A DNA stretch of 57,308 bases, the filler included, from Squatina squatina (taxonomy: Eukaryota), in assembly GCA_031763465.1 (NCBI GenBank). It is 4 parts of 4 records of this genome, joined end to end, with 100 filler letters (N's around TTAATTAATTAA, not from the genome) between each part and the next. Parts side by side here need not be neighbours in the genome. Positions count along the whole stretch, not along the records: positions 13,936 to 27,008 come from JARFOE010000051.1; positions 27,109 to 40,913 come from JARFOE010000004.1; 2 more parts are not named here. The stretch is one strand, 5' to 3'. Every line of letters begins with the position of its first letter. The first letter of the stretch is position 1. Of the stretch, positions 24,286 to 35,480 are shown in pieces. Position numbers and translations under genes: made by a program. The notes under the pieces are model-generated. The model worked only from the letters and a program-made list of their open reading frames with translations, did not search any database and had not been told where the DNA came from.

Positions 24286-24770
24286 GAGTATATGGAGGTG
24301 GAAGATAATGGTTTTAGTCTTCCCAATGTTTNNNNNNNNNNNNNNNNNNNNNNNNNNNNNNNNNNNNNNNNNNNNNNNNNNNNNNNNNNNNNNNNNNNNN
24401 NNNNNNNNNNNNNNNNNNNNNNNNNNNNNNNCATCACAATTTAAAAAAAAATTCTGTTTTAAGTTTTAGCTTTCCCGGCTCCAGTGGAAATAGTCACGGT
24501 ACTCCAAGTACTCATGCCGGTCAATCGGCTGGTGCCTTTTCTTGGCTAAGGTAGATTGGTGTTGAATCGTGGAGAAATCCCTGATGCACTTGCTTAATTT
24601 CCTAGCTGCGAACAAATGTGTACTAAGAGCTCTGGAGGGTGTGTGGTAGAACTGTGGAGAAAGTTACTTTGAAGATTAGCACTCTGGGCAAACTGTTATC
24701 GATAGCATCAGGAGAAGTCCCGTGCATTTTTTTTTGAGTCTGACAGAAACAACTTTTTGTTTTGATTGAG

Positions 24771-24963
24771 GTTTCCATCGAATGACAAAGAAAGACTCGC
24801 TCAGTGGCTTTCAAATATGAAAAGGGAGAAATGGGTTCCGTCCCCATACCAATACATCTGCAGTGAACATTTTACTTCTGACAGCTTTGAATGGAGGTGG
24901 GGGACACGATACCTGAAGGCAGATGCTGTACCTACAGTTTTTTCTTTTCCGGAGCAGCCTACG
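24771..24963 (+). CDS. THAP-domain protein exon 2 (THAP8/THAP5 subfamily)
   Basis: FPSNDKERLAQWLSNMKREKWVPSPYQYICSEHFTSDSFEWRWGTRYLKADAVPTVFSFP carries the FP, W, CSxHF and AVPT motifs plus the RWG.RYL signature of THAP5/THAP8. 193 nt, phase 2-0, acceptor gag, donor gtacgt. Exon 1 is not in the window. Confidence 0.9.
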
Positions 24964-25154
24964 GTACGTTTGCTCTCAATAGGTTTGCATTTTCCTCCAT
25001 GTGTACTGTATCCCAATAGCTAGAATAATGCTCGAAATCAACCTGGAATTGCTTCGTGTCTACCACACGGTACAGTAGGGCTCTCGTGACTTAAGGAGAT
25101 GGCGACAAAGTAAAACCTTATTAGCCCATTCTGACCCAAGTAGCCAACGAGGAT

Positions 25155-25385
25155 TACGCTAGCACAGTGGTTATGAATAATCCAGCGGTCTGGACTAATG
25201 TTCCAAAGAATTTGAGTTCAAATCCCACCAGAGCAGTTTGAGAATTTTAAAACTTTTTTAAAATCTGGATTTTTAAATTTAAAAGAACTGCTACCAGTAA
25301 AAGTGACCATGAAGCTGTCATATTACCATAAAAACTCAACTGGTTCATTAATGTCCTTTAAGGAAGGAAGCCTGCCATCCTTACC
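25155..25385 (+). mobile_element. 5' head of the tRNA-headed LINE/SINE family
   Basis: tagcacagtggtta...gagttcaaatcccaccag...tgtcctttaaggaaggaagcctgccatccttacc is the reverse of the 22700-22850 region. Confidence 0.65.
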
Positions 25386-25639
25386 NNNNNNNNNNNNNNN
25401 NNNNNNNNNNNNNNNNNNNNNNNNNNNNNNNNNNNNNNNNNNNNNNNNNNNNNNNNNNNNNNNNNNNNNNNNNNNNNNNNNNNNNTATTCAAGACAGAGA
25501 TTGATAGATTCCTAGATATTAAAGGAATCAAGGTATATGGGGATAGTGCAGGAAAATGACGTTGAGGTGGAAGATCAGCCAGGATCTAGTTGAGTGGCAG
25601 AGTAGGCTCGAGGGGCCGAATTTCTTATGGTCTTATGTT

Positions 25640-26280
25640 CTTCGTGGCAGCCACTGGTTCGCAGGGAGCCGTGAGTGGAGCAGGCCCCAGCCCCGGCCAG
25701 TTTAGCAGAGGGGTCCTGGAAGTGGCGTTAGGCCTCTCATTTGCATATATAACAAGGTCTAATGTGTGTGTTTTAAAAAAACAGCCTGGCTCACCACTGC
25801 AGAAAATTAAAATGTTTCCCATTTACGGTCGCCAACTCTGGTATTCGTGGAGGTTTTGTCACATGACTTCCCGCCTCCAACTGCCCCGCCCGGTCAAGCT
25901 TTTTCCCCCTTTTCCAATATTATTTTATCAATAATAAAGAAAAGAGTTCAAAGGAAATTAATAAAACACGCAATTAAAAAAAAAATAACGATTAAAAAGT
26001 GAATAAAATATGCGAAGATGCACCATGTGAATTTGGTCGCTGTGAGACGAGTGTTAAACCTTTTTTTTTACCCCCTCTTTTTCAAATCAGTTTCGGAATA
26101 TAATCGGAGTTTTTTTTTCCCACGCCAGGATGTCCTGCCCGAGCCCAGCATGGAGCGGCCGCCTCACCCCCGGCGATGGCTGAGAAAGGCCAGGAGCTGA
26201 CGGGCTTCTCTCGCTGATTCCCCCTCATGGCCGGGCATTGATCGAGGCGTCGCTGCGAACTGCAAGCTGCAAACCCGATA
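25640..26280 (+). promoter_or_regulatory. CpG-rich promoter-like region upstream of the T-box ORF, with overlapping octamer and TATA
   Basis: ATTTGCAT (25739-46) overlaps TATATAA (25746-52); GC boxes near 25870-25892; CpG-rich patches. Confidence 0.45.
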
Positions 26281-26284
26281 GCAA

Positions 26285-26528
26285 ATACAGACACACACAC
26301 ACACAATATATATTTATACACCCCACTATATCTATACACCACACACACCCAATACTATAAATAAAGCACACATACCCAACATTCTATATACACTGCACAC
26401 ACCCAATACTGTATATACACCACACGCACCCAACACTATAAATACACCGCACGCACACTACAAACCCCCAACACTATATACACCACACAAACACACACCT
26501 CAATATATACAACACACACACACAAACT
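26285..26528. repeat. Imperfect CA/TA-rich minisatellite (about 28-bp unit, roughly cacacacccaatactatatatacac)
   Basis: About 8 degenerate units ending just before the ATG at 26534. Confidence 0.75.
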
Positions 26529-26533
26529 TCACC

Positions 26534-27008
26534 ATGGACGGAGAAGCCCCTGCAGCCATCACCCCCAGCAATGTCCGCCGAGCAGAAGGTGACGACATGA
26601 TCAAGTCCCCTCCCTCCTGCCTGAAATCTGGCAATGTCAAGGTCTACCTGAAAAAGTGGAGCATCTGGGACAAATTTTACAACTTGGGCACCGAGATGAG
26701 GATGTCCAAGCGAGGGAGGTTTATGTTTCCATACTGTGAATATTCTGTCTCCGGGCTGGATCCCGAGAAGAACTACATCATGGCAATGGATATCTCGCCG
26801 GTGGACACCTATCGCTATAGGTACAATGGGTGCAAATGGCAGATCAATGGGAAAGCCACCCCACATGTGATGGGGAGGCTTTATTTCCACCCCAATGGCA
26901 GTGTTTCTGGAAGAGAGTGGATGGTCAAGCCAGTGTCTTTTGCCAAACTCCGGTTAACCAACTGCCCCAGTGCAGAAGAAGGCAATGCAATCCTTCATTC
27001 GATGCATC
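26534..27008 (+). CDS. Divergent MGA-like T-box transcription factor, 5' part (truncated by a gap)
   Basis: Kozak ACCATGG; uninterrupted T-box (WDKFYNLGTEM..GRFMFPYC..GLDP..MDISPVD..GKATPHVMGR..HP..PVSFAKLRLTN..EG..ILHSMH). FPYC, MDISPVD, PHV.GR and EG.xILHSMH, and the lack of introns in the T-box, are MGA-subfamily traits. Confidence 0.88.
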
Positions 27009-27052
27009 NNNNNNNNNNNNNNNNNNNNNNNNNNNNNNNNNNNNNNNNNNNN

Positions 27053-27064
27053 TTAATTAATTAA
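27053..27064. other. Artificial scaffold linker TTAATTAATTAA
   Basis: 44N + 12-mer + 44N. Confidence 0.95.
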
Positions 27065-27269
27065 NNNNNNNNNNNNNNNNNNNNNNNNNNNNNNNNNNNN
27101 NNNNNNNNCTTTCAAAACACAAATCAGGTTAACATCTGATGGATGAACATTCCATATTTATTGCACACTAAAGACGTGCATTGAGTCTCCAATATTGAGT
27201 GTGAATAACAGTAAATAAGAATCCAAAAAAGGGTAAGCTTGGTAGCAACAACAAAGAGGCAAGAAAAAG

Positions 27270-27366
27270 AAAAAAAGAAAGACTTACATTTATATAACAC
27301 CTTTCACGACCACCAGACGCCTCAAAGCGTTTTACAGCCAATGAAGTACTTTTGGAATATAGTTAC
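27270..27366 (-). mobile_element. Deu/L2-type SINE tail
   Basis: aaagacttacatttatataacacctttcacgacc...aaagcgttttacagccaatgaagtacttttg. Confidence 0.75.
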
Positions 27367-27618
27367 TGAGGAGAAGCATCCGCGAAGGCGCCAACCACTT
27401 TGAGTTTCTCCGGCGGGAGCACGTGGAGGCCAAGCGCAGGCAGCGGAAGAAGTGCGCAGAAACGCGAGCATCCCATCCTCTCGCCCCATCAAACACCACC
27501 TGCCCCACCTGTGGTAGAGTTTGTGGATCCCGTACAGGACTATTTAGTCACCTTAGAACCCACAATACTGGAGTGAAAGCAAGTCATCCTCAACCCCGAG
27601 GGACTAAGAAGAAGAAAG
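27367..27618 (+). mobile_element. RTE-clade LINE 3' end with C2H2 finger
   Basis: RRSIREGANHFE..KRRQRK..CPTCGRVCGSRTGLFSHLRTH, then a short UTR and a (gaa)n tail. Confidence 0.8.
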
Positions 27619-29523
27619 TAGTGTAAAACTTATTTCCAGATATGGAAGGTACAAAGTTTAAGGCAAAGCTTGGCACTGAAGATACAATCCCATTGGGCTA
27701 CAGCACAATCTTTAAATTAATCTTCTGCATATGGCCCAGTGAAAATGTTATTATATTCTTGTAACCTCCTACATAGGTCATTCTGATATTTAAGGATGCC
27801 GTTACACGATGATGTCAGCTTTACACAGACTCTAAAGATGCAATATTTATCCACAGTCAAAACCCAGCCTGACTCCAGAGGGAAGGCCCCCTGAAGGAGG
27901 TAATCTCAAGCGGTTTGATTTTCTCACTGCATGGTGTGTAATTCCAGTGTTAATCCAAGTATAAGAAGTGTTCATGGTGTCCCTTGAACTTCATGGGCCT
28001 TTTTCAAATTCACCTGGAGTTAATTTAAATATTTAAACAGTACAAACACTGCTGTCCGTGTCTTCTAAACATTTAAATATTAACTGTTGGGAAAGCAGCT
28101 CTCTGTATTTGCATGTCTGTGCTTGTGTGTAGTTATGCATGCACGGAGTTCTCTCTCGGGTAGAAGAATCGGGATTCCAGCCAGACTGTGTAAATAAGGT
28201 GTTGCCTTGCTGGAATCCACGGTGCAGCCAGTGCTGCGAGAGTATTGGTGCAGTATCAATGCTACATTTTCCACATGTTACACATTGCATCATTTCGAAT
28301 AGTCATTTCCTGACTCTTTTCATAAATGCCCTAACCTGCACTGCTGTATATTCTTTGGTTTGTTTTCACTCTGCATGAGGAATTCAGCAGTACATGGGTT
28401 AAATTATACTCCTTGTTATAAAAGTTAAAGTGCGCCGTTTTGTAGCTTCCTCTCCACATTCAGAACATAGCCTGAGGACTATCCTGCTGAAGGGAAGTAA
28501 TTTAGCTTATCCTATTCTACAGGCCCGACATCTTCTTTTATTTTTTGTGGGGTCTTTTCCTCATTTAGTGCAACAAAGATTGTCCTCATAGCTTGACCTT
28601 CTAAATGACTGCAGGGCAATGCCCTGATGCAAGTAAATAGATAACACACTCTATCAGAGATTTACAAATCATTGGAAAGTGCTGGGGTTGATAGTGGCAT
28701 CAATCGAAGTTTGACACAGGCCCAGGTCACCCATCCATCTCACTAAAATGCCTGTGGTTACTAAAGGAAGACACCTTCTTTACCAGTGAAGAACTACATT
28801 GATGAGAAATACAGTACTTATTAGTTGACAAGGCCCCTAACTTTCCCAAGACCTAATTCCAAAGGCACTANNNNNNNNNNTAAGATTATCCCAGAAGGGC
28901 AGGAATCACACAAATTCAATGTAGCAAATACTTTAGGTTTGTGGATAGAACTAGGACAAGATACTGAAATAGACTGACTCGCCAACACAATCAATAGTTT
29001 AAGAAGCAGCCTCCCCATGCACTTCTCTATCATGACAGAATTGGTTCCAAAAATATGGGGGCTTGATAAAAACAAAAAGCCAGCTCTGTGTTGACATGGA
29101 AACTGAAGATGCAACAAAAAAAAACCCAGAACTTTTCAAAGCAGTTTTCAAAACTTTTTGTGTACATGCATGTATGGGGGGGATTTAATAGACCTTACAG
29201 CAGCTACTATTAAATGGCTTGCTTGATTACTATGAAGGGAGACTTTCAAAACTGTGTCATATATTAAAACAAAGAAGTGTCTTCTTCTTTCTCCCCACAT
29301 CACATTTTCCAAAGACCTTGCAACATTTCTACTTGCTGGCAAATTTTAAAACCACACCTACTGTAAAAATCGCTTTCACCAATGTTTTTAATTTGTTGCA
29401 AATCCTACAGAAAGCAAGGAAAGAAAGAAGCTGGTTTAAGGCATATGTATACATTTCCAATTATCTTTGGAGTGATTACAGTTCCACATTTTCTTCCCTG
29501 AATTTACGTAGTATCTTGCAGCA

Positions 29524-29760
29524 CTGAAACAGGCCATTCGGCCCAACAGGTCTATGTCAGTGTTTATGCTCCACCCGAGCCTCCCCCCACCCTACTTCAT
29601 CCAATCCCATCAACATATCCTTGTATTCCTTTCTCCAGCATGTGTTTCTCCAGCTTCCCCTTAAATGCTCCTATGCTATTCACCTCAAATACTTGTGGTA
29701 GCGAGTTCCACATTCTCACTACTCTTTGAGTAAAGATGTTTCTCCTGAATTCCTTAGTCA
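29524..29760 (-). mobile_element. CR1 LINE 3' end
   Basis: RRNIFTQRVVRMWNSLP..FKGKLEKHM. Confidence 0.8.
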
Positions 29761-30842
29761 GCAATATCTCCTGGTCCACAAATGCTGAACATCAATTTTC
29801 CTTTTAAAAATAGGAACTCAAAATATGAAGACATATAAAAAGTGTAAATAGCAATAGTGGAAATTGTGACTGATTACTCCTGTGTTACATTATAATGCCA
29901 ATCTGTGCTATGTTTTCTCAACCTTCCTACACTTAAAACAAACTTTAGAATCTCCAATTTCCTTCTGGCCGTCGTCATATTTTTCAATCAATTGAAATCC
30001 CATTGGATTGGAAGATTGGAACAGTGGGTCAAATCTTTGCATCAAAACAGTTAAAAGCTGATGAAGGAGTAGTCTGACAGGCAGCATCTGCAGCTCCATA
30101 ACCCCTGGTCAAATAACCATGTCTGAAGTGCCGTAAGGGTTAACGTGCATTGACTAGTCTGTCAGATAACACATTGGCCAATTCAACTGCCCTGAGTTTC
30201 TGGCGCTAACGGACGAATTGGGGAGCGCTAACTTCAGGTCTTTGAATTTTGTTTTAAGTCAAGCAATTCGACACTTAGAAAAAAACTCAGACAGTTTTAA
30301 ATAACGTGCTAATTTCAGCGCTAAAGGGCCCATGCTTAGCGTTGATTTTCTTAGTTTATTTCAGCTGGCGAATTCCTCAATTGACCCGNNNNNNNNNNNN
30401 NNNNNNNNNNNNNNNNNNNNNNNNNNNNNNNNNNNNNNNNNNNNNNNNNNNNNNNNNNNNNNNNNNNNNNNNNNNNNNNNNNNNNNNNCAATTCAAATTC
30501 TTACAGAAACTGGAGTGTGATATCAATCAGAAAATAGCCATTTATGCAACTTAGATACTATACTGTAAGCTGAATTGGTCAGAATATTCAAACTCACATC
30601 AATTTTATCATCCATAACATTATAGCATAGGATAGAATTTAAGTGTGATCATCAAAATGATTTGCGTTTGTCACTTCCCTTAAAATAAGGCAATTCCAAC
30701 ATGTCTTGAAAAAGGAAAGGCTTACAATGGAAATCGATATTAAGGGCCTATATGGTTTGACACCGGAGCAAACCTTGTTCGCACCTGTAACAGTTTGTGA
30801 CAGAGTAAGGGTTAGCTAATAGGCTCGGTGACATTATGGTAC

Positions 30843-30999
30843 CTGGATGTTTTGTCCCCAGTGTTCCAATGTCTCTGTTATCTTCACTGTAACCGGCTCT
30901 GGCTGTCGAAACACCTCACACTCTATCACTGCCTTCATCGCCATGGAGACATTGCAGGAGCCATTATAGATGAGAACTTCATCTTTTTCTACTTTAGGG
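30843..30999 (-). CDS. PKHD1: Fibrocystin exon (region just before the first G8 domain)
   Basis: [52 protein letters not shown] matches remembered human PKHD1 [47 protein letters not shown]. 157 nt, acceptor ctctcatttcag, donor CAG|gtacca. Confidence 0.85.
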
Positions 31000-32004
31000 C
31001 TGAAATGAGAGGGGAGGTTAAATGGGGTGCCATCAATCTTAATGAAATGCAATTATTGTTGTTCATCCGTTTGAAGACTTGTCTGAATTTGAGTTTTATT
31101 TAACAAGTGTCGCTTTCCCTTACCTTGCTTTCTTTTTGATTTATCCAGTGTGACTTTTCTGGCTGGCATGTGTAGCCACTAAATCCAAATCCTGGACTGT
31201 TGTTGGTGACACGTTTTTCTTGGGCTTTCCTGAAGCGACTGTACTTGTGTGAACAAATGCGGTTGAGACAGGCATTAGGTAGCTACCTTGCTATGGTTGG
31301 AACAAGCTCCCCCTGGATCCAGCCGACTTTGGATGCTCATTTTAAACTGAGCATATGTTTGTATCTTTGAGCAGCTTCCCATGTTTTCCCTTTTTTTGAA
31401 GTTTCTCCTGGCTGTCCTTACCACTTGGAGCATTGCTCTTATAATATTTATTCATCTGGGATTTCTCAAGGTTAGCGCCCACCTCATTTGTTGTTTTACA
31501 TTTGCCTCATCTGTCAGATTGCTTTGTGTGAAAATAGACAAAAATTAATGAGTCTACTTCATAATTTTTGTGTGACCATAATAACTGCACTGAACGTCGT
31601 GTCAGTCTATTAATTTTGTTCTTCTTTTATTGGTTAACTGCATGTAGTACACCATCAAATGGCTTATTTTCATTCTGGCCCCAAATTTCTTTCAATTGCA
31701 TTGCTGCAAAAAAACATTCTCTGACATGCATTCACCATAGTAGTTCGCTCCCCATCCCAGTATATAACTTTAATAATAACATTAACAGCATGATAAATAC
31801 ATAAAATAAACAATTGAGAAAAAAATTACAAAAGTACTCATACCATCCTCAAATCCCTCTCCTTCCTCCCATGGCCAAATGCTCCCCACAAGGCTTCATG
31901 ACCATACCTGACTTTGGGTACGTAACCCCTTGGGACTTCATGACTGCTCCACCCCAGCTAAGACCCAGTATTCTGAGGTGCAAAATTGGGTGTGTTTGCG
32001 CCTC

Positions 32005-32606
32005 CTCATTAGCGTCCCCTGGGGGCGCTACCAGGGCACAAATGGCTTTGTGACCAGGCGCGGCGATGCTATCGATTCCCACCATATTTGGCAAGACATT
32101 TGTGGCAGTGCTACAGCATTGCGCCCTGATCTCATCCGCCCAGAAATTATGACATCATCGCCGTGTGCATCGCCCCGTTAGCGCCCCGGAGCCAAAATTG
32201 CCTTCCGCCCCCTGCAGCACCGACAGCTGCAGGAGGTGTGCATCAGGTGGCCAGCCGCTTCGGGGACAATGCTTAAAGGCGAGGTGGCTGAGGTAAGTAA
32301 ATAATAAACTTACCTTTTTTCTTTTTTTTGCTGGCTCCTGCCCGTGATCGATCTGCTTGAGTGCCGGGCTGATCGCGTAGGATCACTGCTGCCATGGTGG
32401 TCCAGGTAAGTTTTTATTTTGCAGAGCCTGCAGTGATGGCCCTTCCATTTAAGGGAGGGAAGGAGCCTTTCAACGCGGCAGTGCTGCGGGACCCAGTGTG
32501 CAGCGCTGCTGAAGGCACTGCCCCGCCTGCTGCAGATTGCGCTCCAGGAAGGAAGTGGAGCGCTTGACTTAGTGCTCCACTTCCTTCATGGAGCACAAAC
32601 GTCAAA
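32005..32606. mobile_element. GC-rich Harbinger-type non-autonomous element
   Basis: CpG-rich island sharing motifs (catttaagggaggg, gacatcatc) with the elements at 9041 and 12400. Confidence 0.55.
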
Positions 32607-34044
32607 NNNNNNNNNNNNNNNNNNNNNNNNNNNNNNNNNNNNNNNNNNNNNNNNNNNNNNNNNNNNNNNNNNNNNNNNNNNNNNNNNNNNNNNNNNNNNN
32701 NNNNNNCTTTTAAACTAATAGCAATAACCATGGGTATGCATACCCTGTGCTTGTACAGCAACAGAAGGATACAGGCCTGTTGCCAGTACTAAGAAGATGC
32801 AGTTGGAAGAGGTATATGCTGTTGCCTCGGAAACCAGGATTGGCTTCAGTAGCAGCTACTGTGGTAACTGAAGCCTTGGGCAAGGAGTTAGTGGTTGCTA
32901 AGGAGCAAATTATGGACAGAATACCTTTATACTAAAAATGTATTTTATTGAAACTTCCCTGATCATGGACCGTATCAGCAAAATAGGATTTTATCAATTT
33001 CACTTCTGAAAGATTTTTTGGGATTATTTGATTTTTCAGATTGCAGCAAAGATACACAATGTACTTTTAGCATGCTATTGTTGTTGCTGCATAGCACAAA
33101 GGAATATATGTGTTGTTTTACCTTTTAACTCCTGTTCAACTTTAATCTTTCTTTCTTTACTTCTTTTACCCTTTTCTCCGACTATGCTCTATCTTCTCCC
33201 CTCCCTCATTTTTGCTTTGTTACTCTAATTTCCAGACAATTAAATGTTAATAATTAATTTTCATAAACCAACTGCAGGTAGTGTTGACCAAAGACAGTTT
33301 ACTTTCACAGCCAGTTTACTCACTGTGTGGTTCGACCATATGGTGTTCCTCACCTGTATCCTATAATATTGGAGTGCATCTTTTTATGTATATTGGGTGA
33401 TATAACAAAAGCTATCGCAAAACACAACCGTGACAAGAACAGATGTCTTGTGAAATTAATCCTGGTGGTTGGTGACAGCACACAAGGAATGGAACATTTG
33501 TGCTTGAACGCCAAGGGGCAAGTCTCAGCACCTTTCAGTGGCCTAATACATGATCTCAGTTCAGCAAGTGATGGTTAAAGGGAAATTATCACAAAGGGAT
33601 AAGTACTAGAAATTTGAAACTTATTCCTACATGAATGCAGCTTTTTATTCCCATCAATTCCTCATTGCAACAATCTTATTCAGCCTCATGGAATCTTGAG
33701 TTCAACTATTTTAGAAAAATGAAGGTGACTTAGGTCAGGACGTGCATTTAAAGAGCATCCGCTCCGTATCATTGAGGACAATTGCACTTGTCTGGCAAGG
33801 AGAAGAAAGGCTCTTGGCACTATTGACATCCTACCTGAAGTCAATGGAAATAAAAATCAGAGGAGAAATGTAACCCGCGCTGCCAATTCGCTACTGCCCG
33901 TTGTACACTATCGCACAGTCAAAACTACCCGCAGTGACATTAGANNNNNNNNNNNNNNNNNNNNNNNNNNNNNNNNNNNNNNNNNNNNNNNNNNNNNNNN
34001 NNNNNNNNNNNNNNNNNNNNNNNNNNNNNNNNNNNNNNNNNNNN

Positions 34045-34279
34045 GAGAGGGGTTCACAGGAGAGAGGTTTACAGGAGGAAGTTCCACAGGTGAGAGGTTA
34101 CAGGAGGGAGTTCCACAGGAGAGAGGTCCACAGGAGAGAGGTCCACAGGAGAGAGGTCCAGAGGAGAGAGGTTTACAGGAGGGAGGTCCACAGGAGAGAG
34201 GTCCACAGGAGAGAGGTCCACAGGAGAGAGATTTACAGGAGAGGACTTTACAGGAGAGAGGAACAGAGGAGAGAGGTTT
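34045..34279. repeat. 15-bp tandem repeat (CAGGAGAGAGGTCCA)n, about 15 copies
   Basis: Directly visible; translates as RREVH or QERGP repeats. Confidence 0.95.
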
Positions 34280-35480
34280 GGAGGTGGAGGATGAAAAAGG
34301 GGCTCATTACTCATCTTTGGATGAGGAGAACAAAGAGGAGGAGGAGGAGCAGGGGAGGATGAAAATGGGGCATCCATCGCCAGACCAGCCACTTACATTG
34401 CTGTCTGGGATGCCCTAATATCAGGAAGATTCACATAGTGTGAAACATAACAAGTGAAAACCCATGCTACGTTCCCGCCACCAGCACCAACCTGCGCCCC
34501 TCCCTTTGCACTAACTACGCATCCACCCATTGTCTATCTGCCCAGTGGGTCCTGTCATGTAATGACATTTATTGTGAAACAAATGAAAGGACGAGTTGGC
34601 CCTCAGGACACAATAGTAGACAAGGTGTGGAAGTGGAGCTAACCATTAAATTTTATGTGGCATTAAAATAAAAAAAACAAAAATATAACATTTTTGTCAA
34701 CCATCTATGTGCATACCCTTGAAGAATTAGAATTTCTTAAACCTACGCTTCCTTCCGCTTCTACGTGGTACATCCCGTGTAGCCTCAGCAGAAGTAGAGG
34801 CAGACTGTTCAGATCCCTGCCCTGAGTGCCGAGATGCCTAAGTGCCTAAGCCCTCTGCATTTTGGAGCCCCTGAGGGCCCCACCAAAGATTGGTCCACCT
34901 GCACCTGTGCAGGGGCAGACCCAACCATTGTGAGACAGGGCAGCATGTTGTGTACTGGTTTGGGGGAGGCAGGGGGCAATGAGTGAGAAGTGGAAGCGCT
35001 TTTGTGGAGTCCTCACTTCCATATCCGCTTTTGCTATTATCCCTCACCTGGGCCAGCGCCACATCAGTCTTACTACTCTGCTGGAGAGCAACCTGCTGCT
35101 GATCAGTGATGCGTTGTAAGGCCAAGGCTAACATATATGTCATCCTGTTTAAGGCGGCAGACAAGTTGACATCCAAAGTCTGCATGGCCATGGTCATGAC
35201 CTGCATGCAGTCATTTCAGAGTCTTGCTTGAACTTGAACTTGAACTTGCTTGAAGTTCCATGGAGGCCGACTCTCTTCCCATGGCAGACATTCTCACAAT
35301 CCTCTACACCGCCAATCCACTAGTGATCAAGTTGGACTCCTCCATCCTCACCGCTATTGTGAAGAGTGTGCGTGGCACCTTTAGCGTTCTCCTTCTCAAT
35401 GATGTCCCCCATGGGTTCAGTATCTGTGTCCAACTGAGCAGAGCTTAGAGAGGATTGCACCCCGACGGGACTCTCCACAA
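34045..35480. mobile_element. Internal relic of an autonomous Harbinger: transposase 3' end (+) converging on the accessory ORF (-)
   Basis: An acidic stretch then AVWDALISGRFT* (stop 34436-38) resembles the R..LI...F C-terminus of Harbinger transposases. An AT-rich spacer follows, then a decayed minus-strand ORF (MQTLDVNLSAALNRMT..). Confidence 0.6.

Noticed and set aside
24470-24550. Phase-compatible exon upstream of the THAP exon (..GAFSWLR|FP)
   Set aside because: It lacks the N-terminal CxxxxC zinc ligands that THAP exon 1 must supply; probably coincidental.
24771-27008. THAP-T-box fusion protein
   Set aside because: The two parts are in different contigs; the T-box ORF has its own Kozak ATG and promoter-like region and no acceptor to receive the THAP exon.
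31124-31346. Possible further PKHD1 exon (gtaagg donor)
   Set aside because: The longest frame is interrupted by a stop and the translation does not resemble the preceding PKHD1 sequence.
32010-32030. CTCF-like palindrome tagcgtcccctgggggcgcta
   Set aside because: Imperfect core match, and it lies within a transposon.
34045-34279. CRISPR-like array
   Set aside because: Vertebrate DNA; head-to-tail repeats with no unique spacers.
33901-34392. RREVH / VDLSP repeat proteins
   Set aside because: Translations of a 15-bp tandem repeat; the plus-strand ORF also crosses an N gap.
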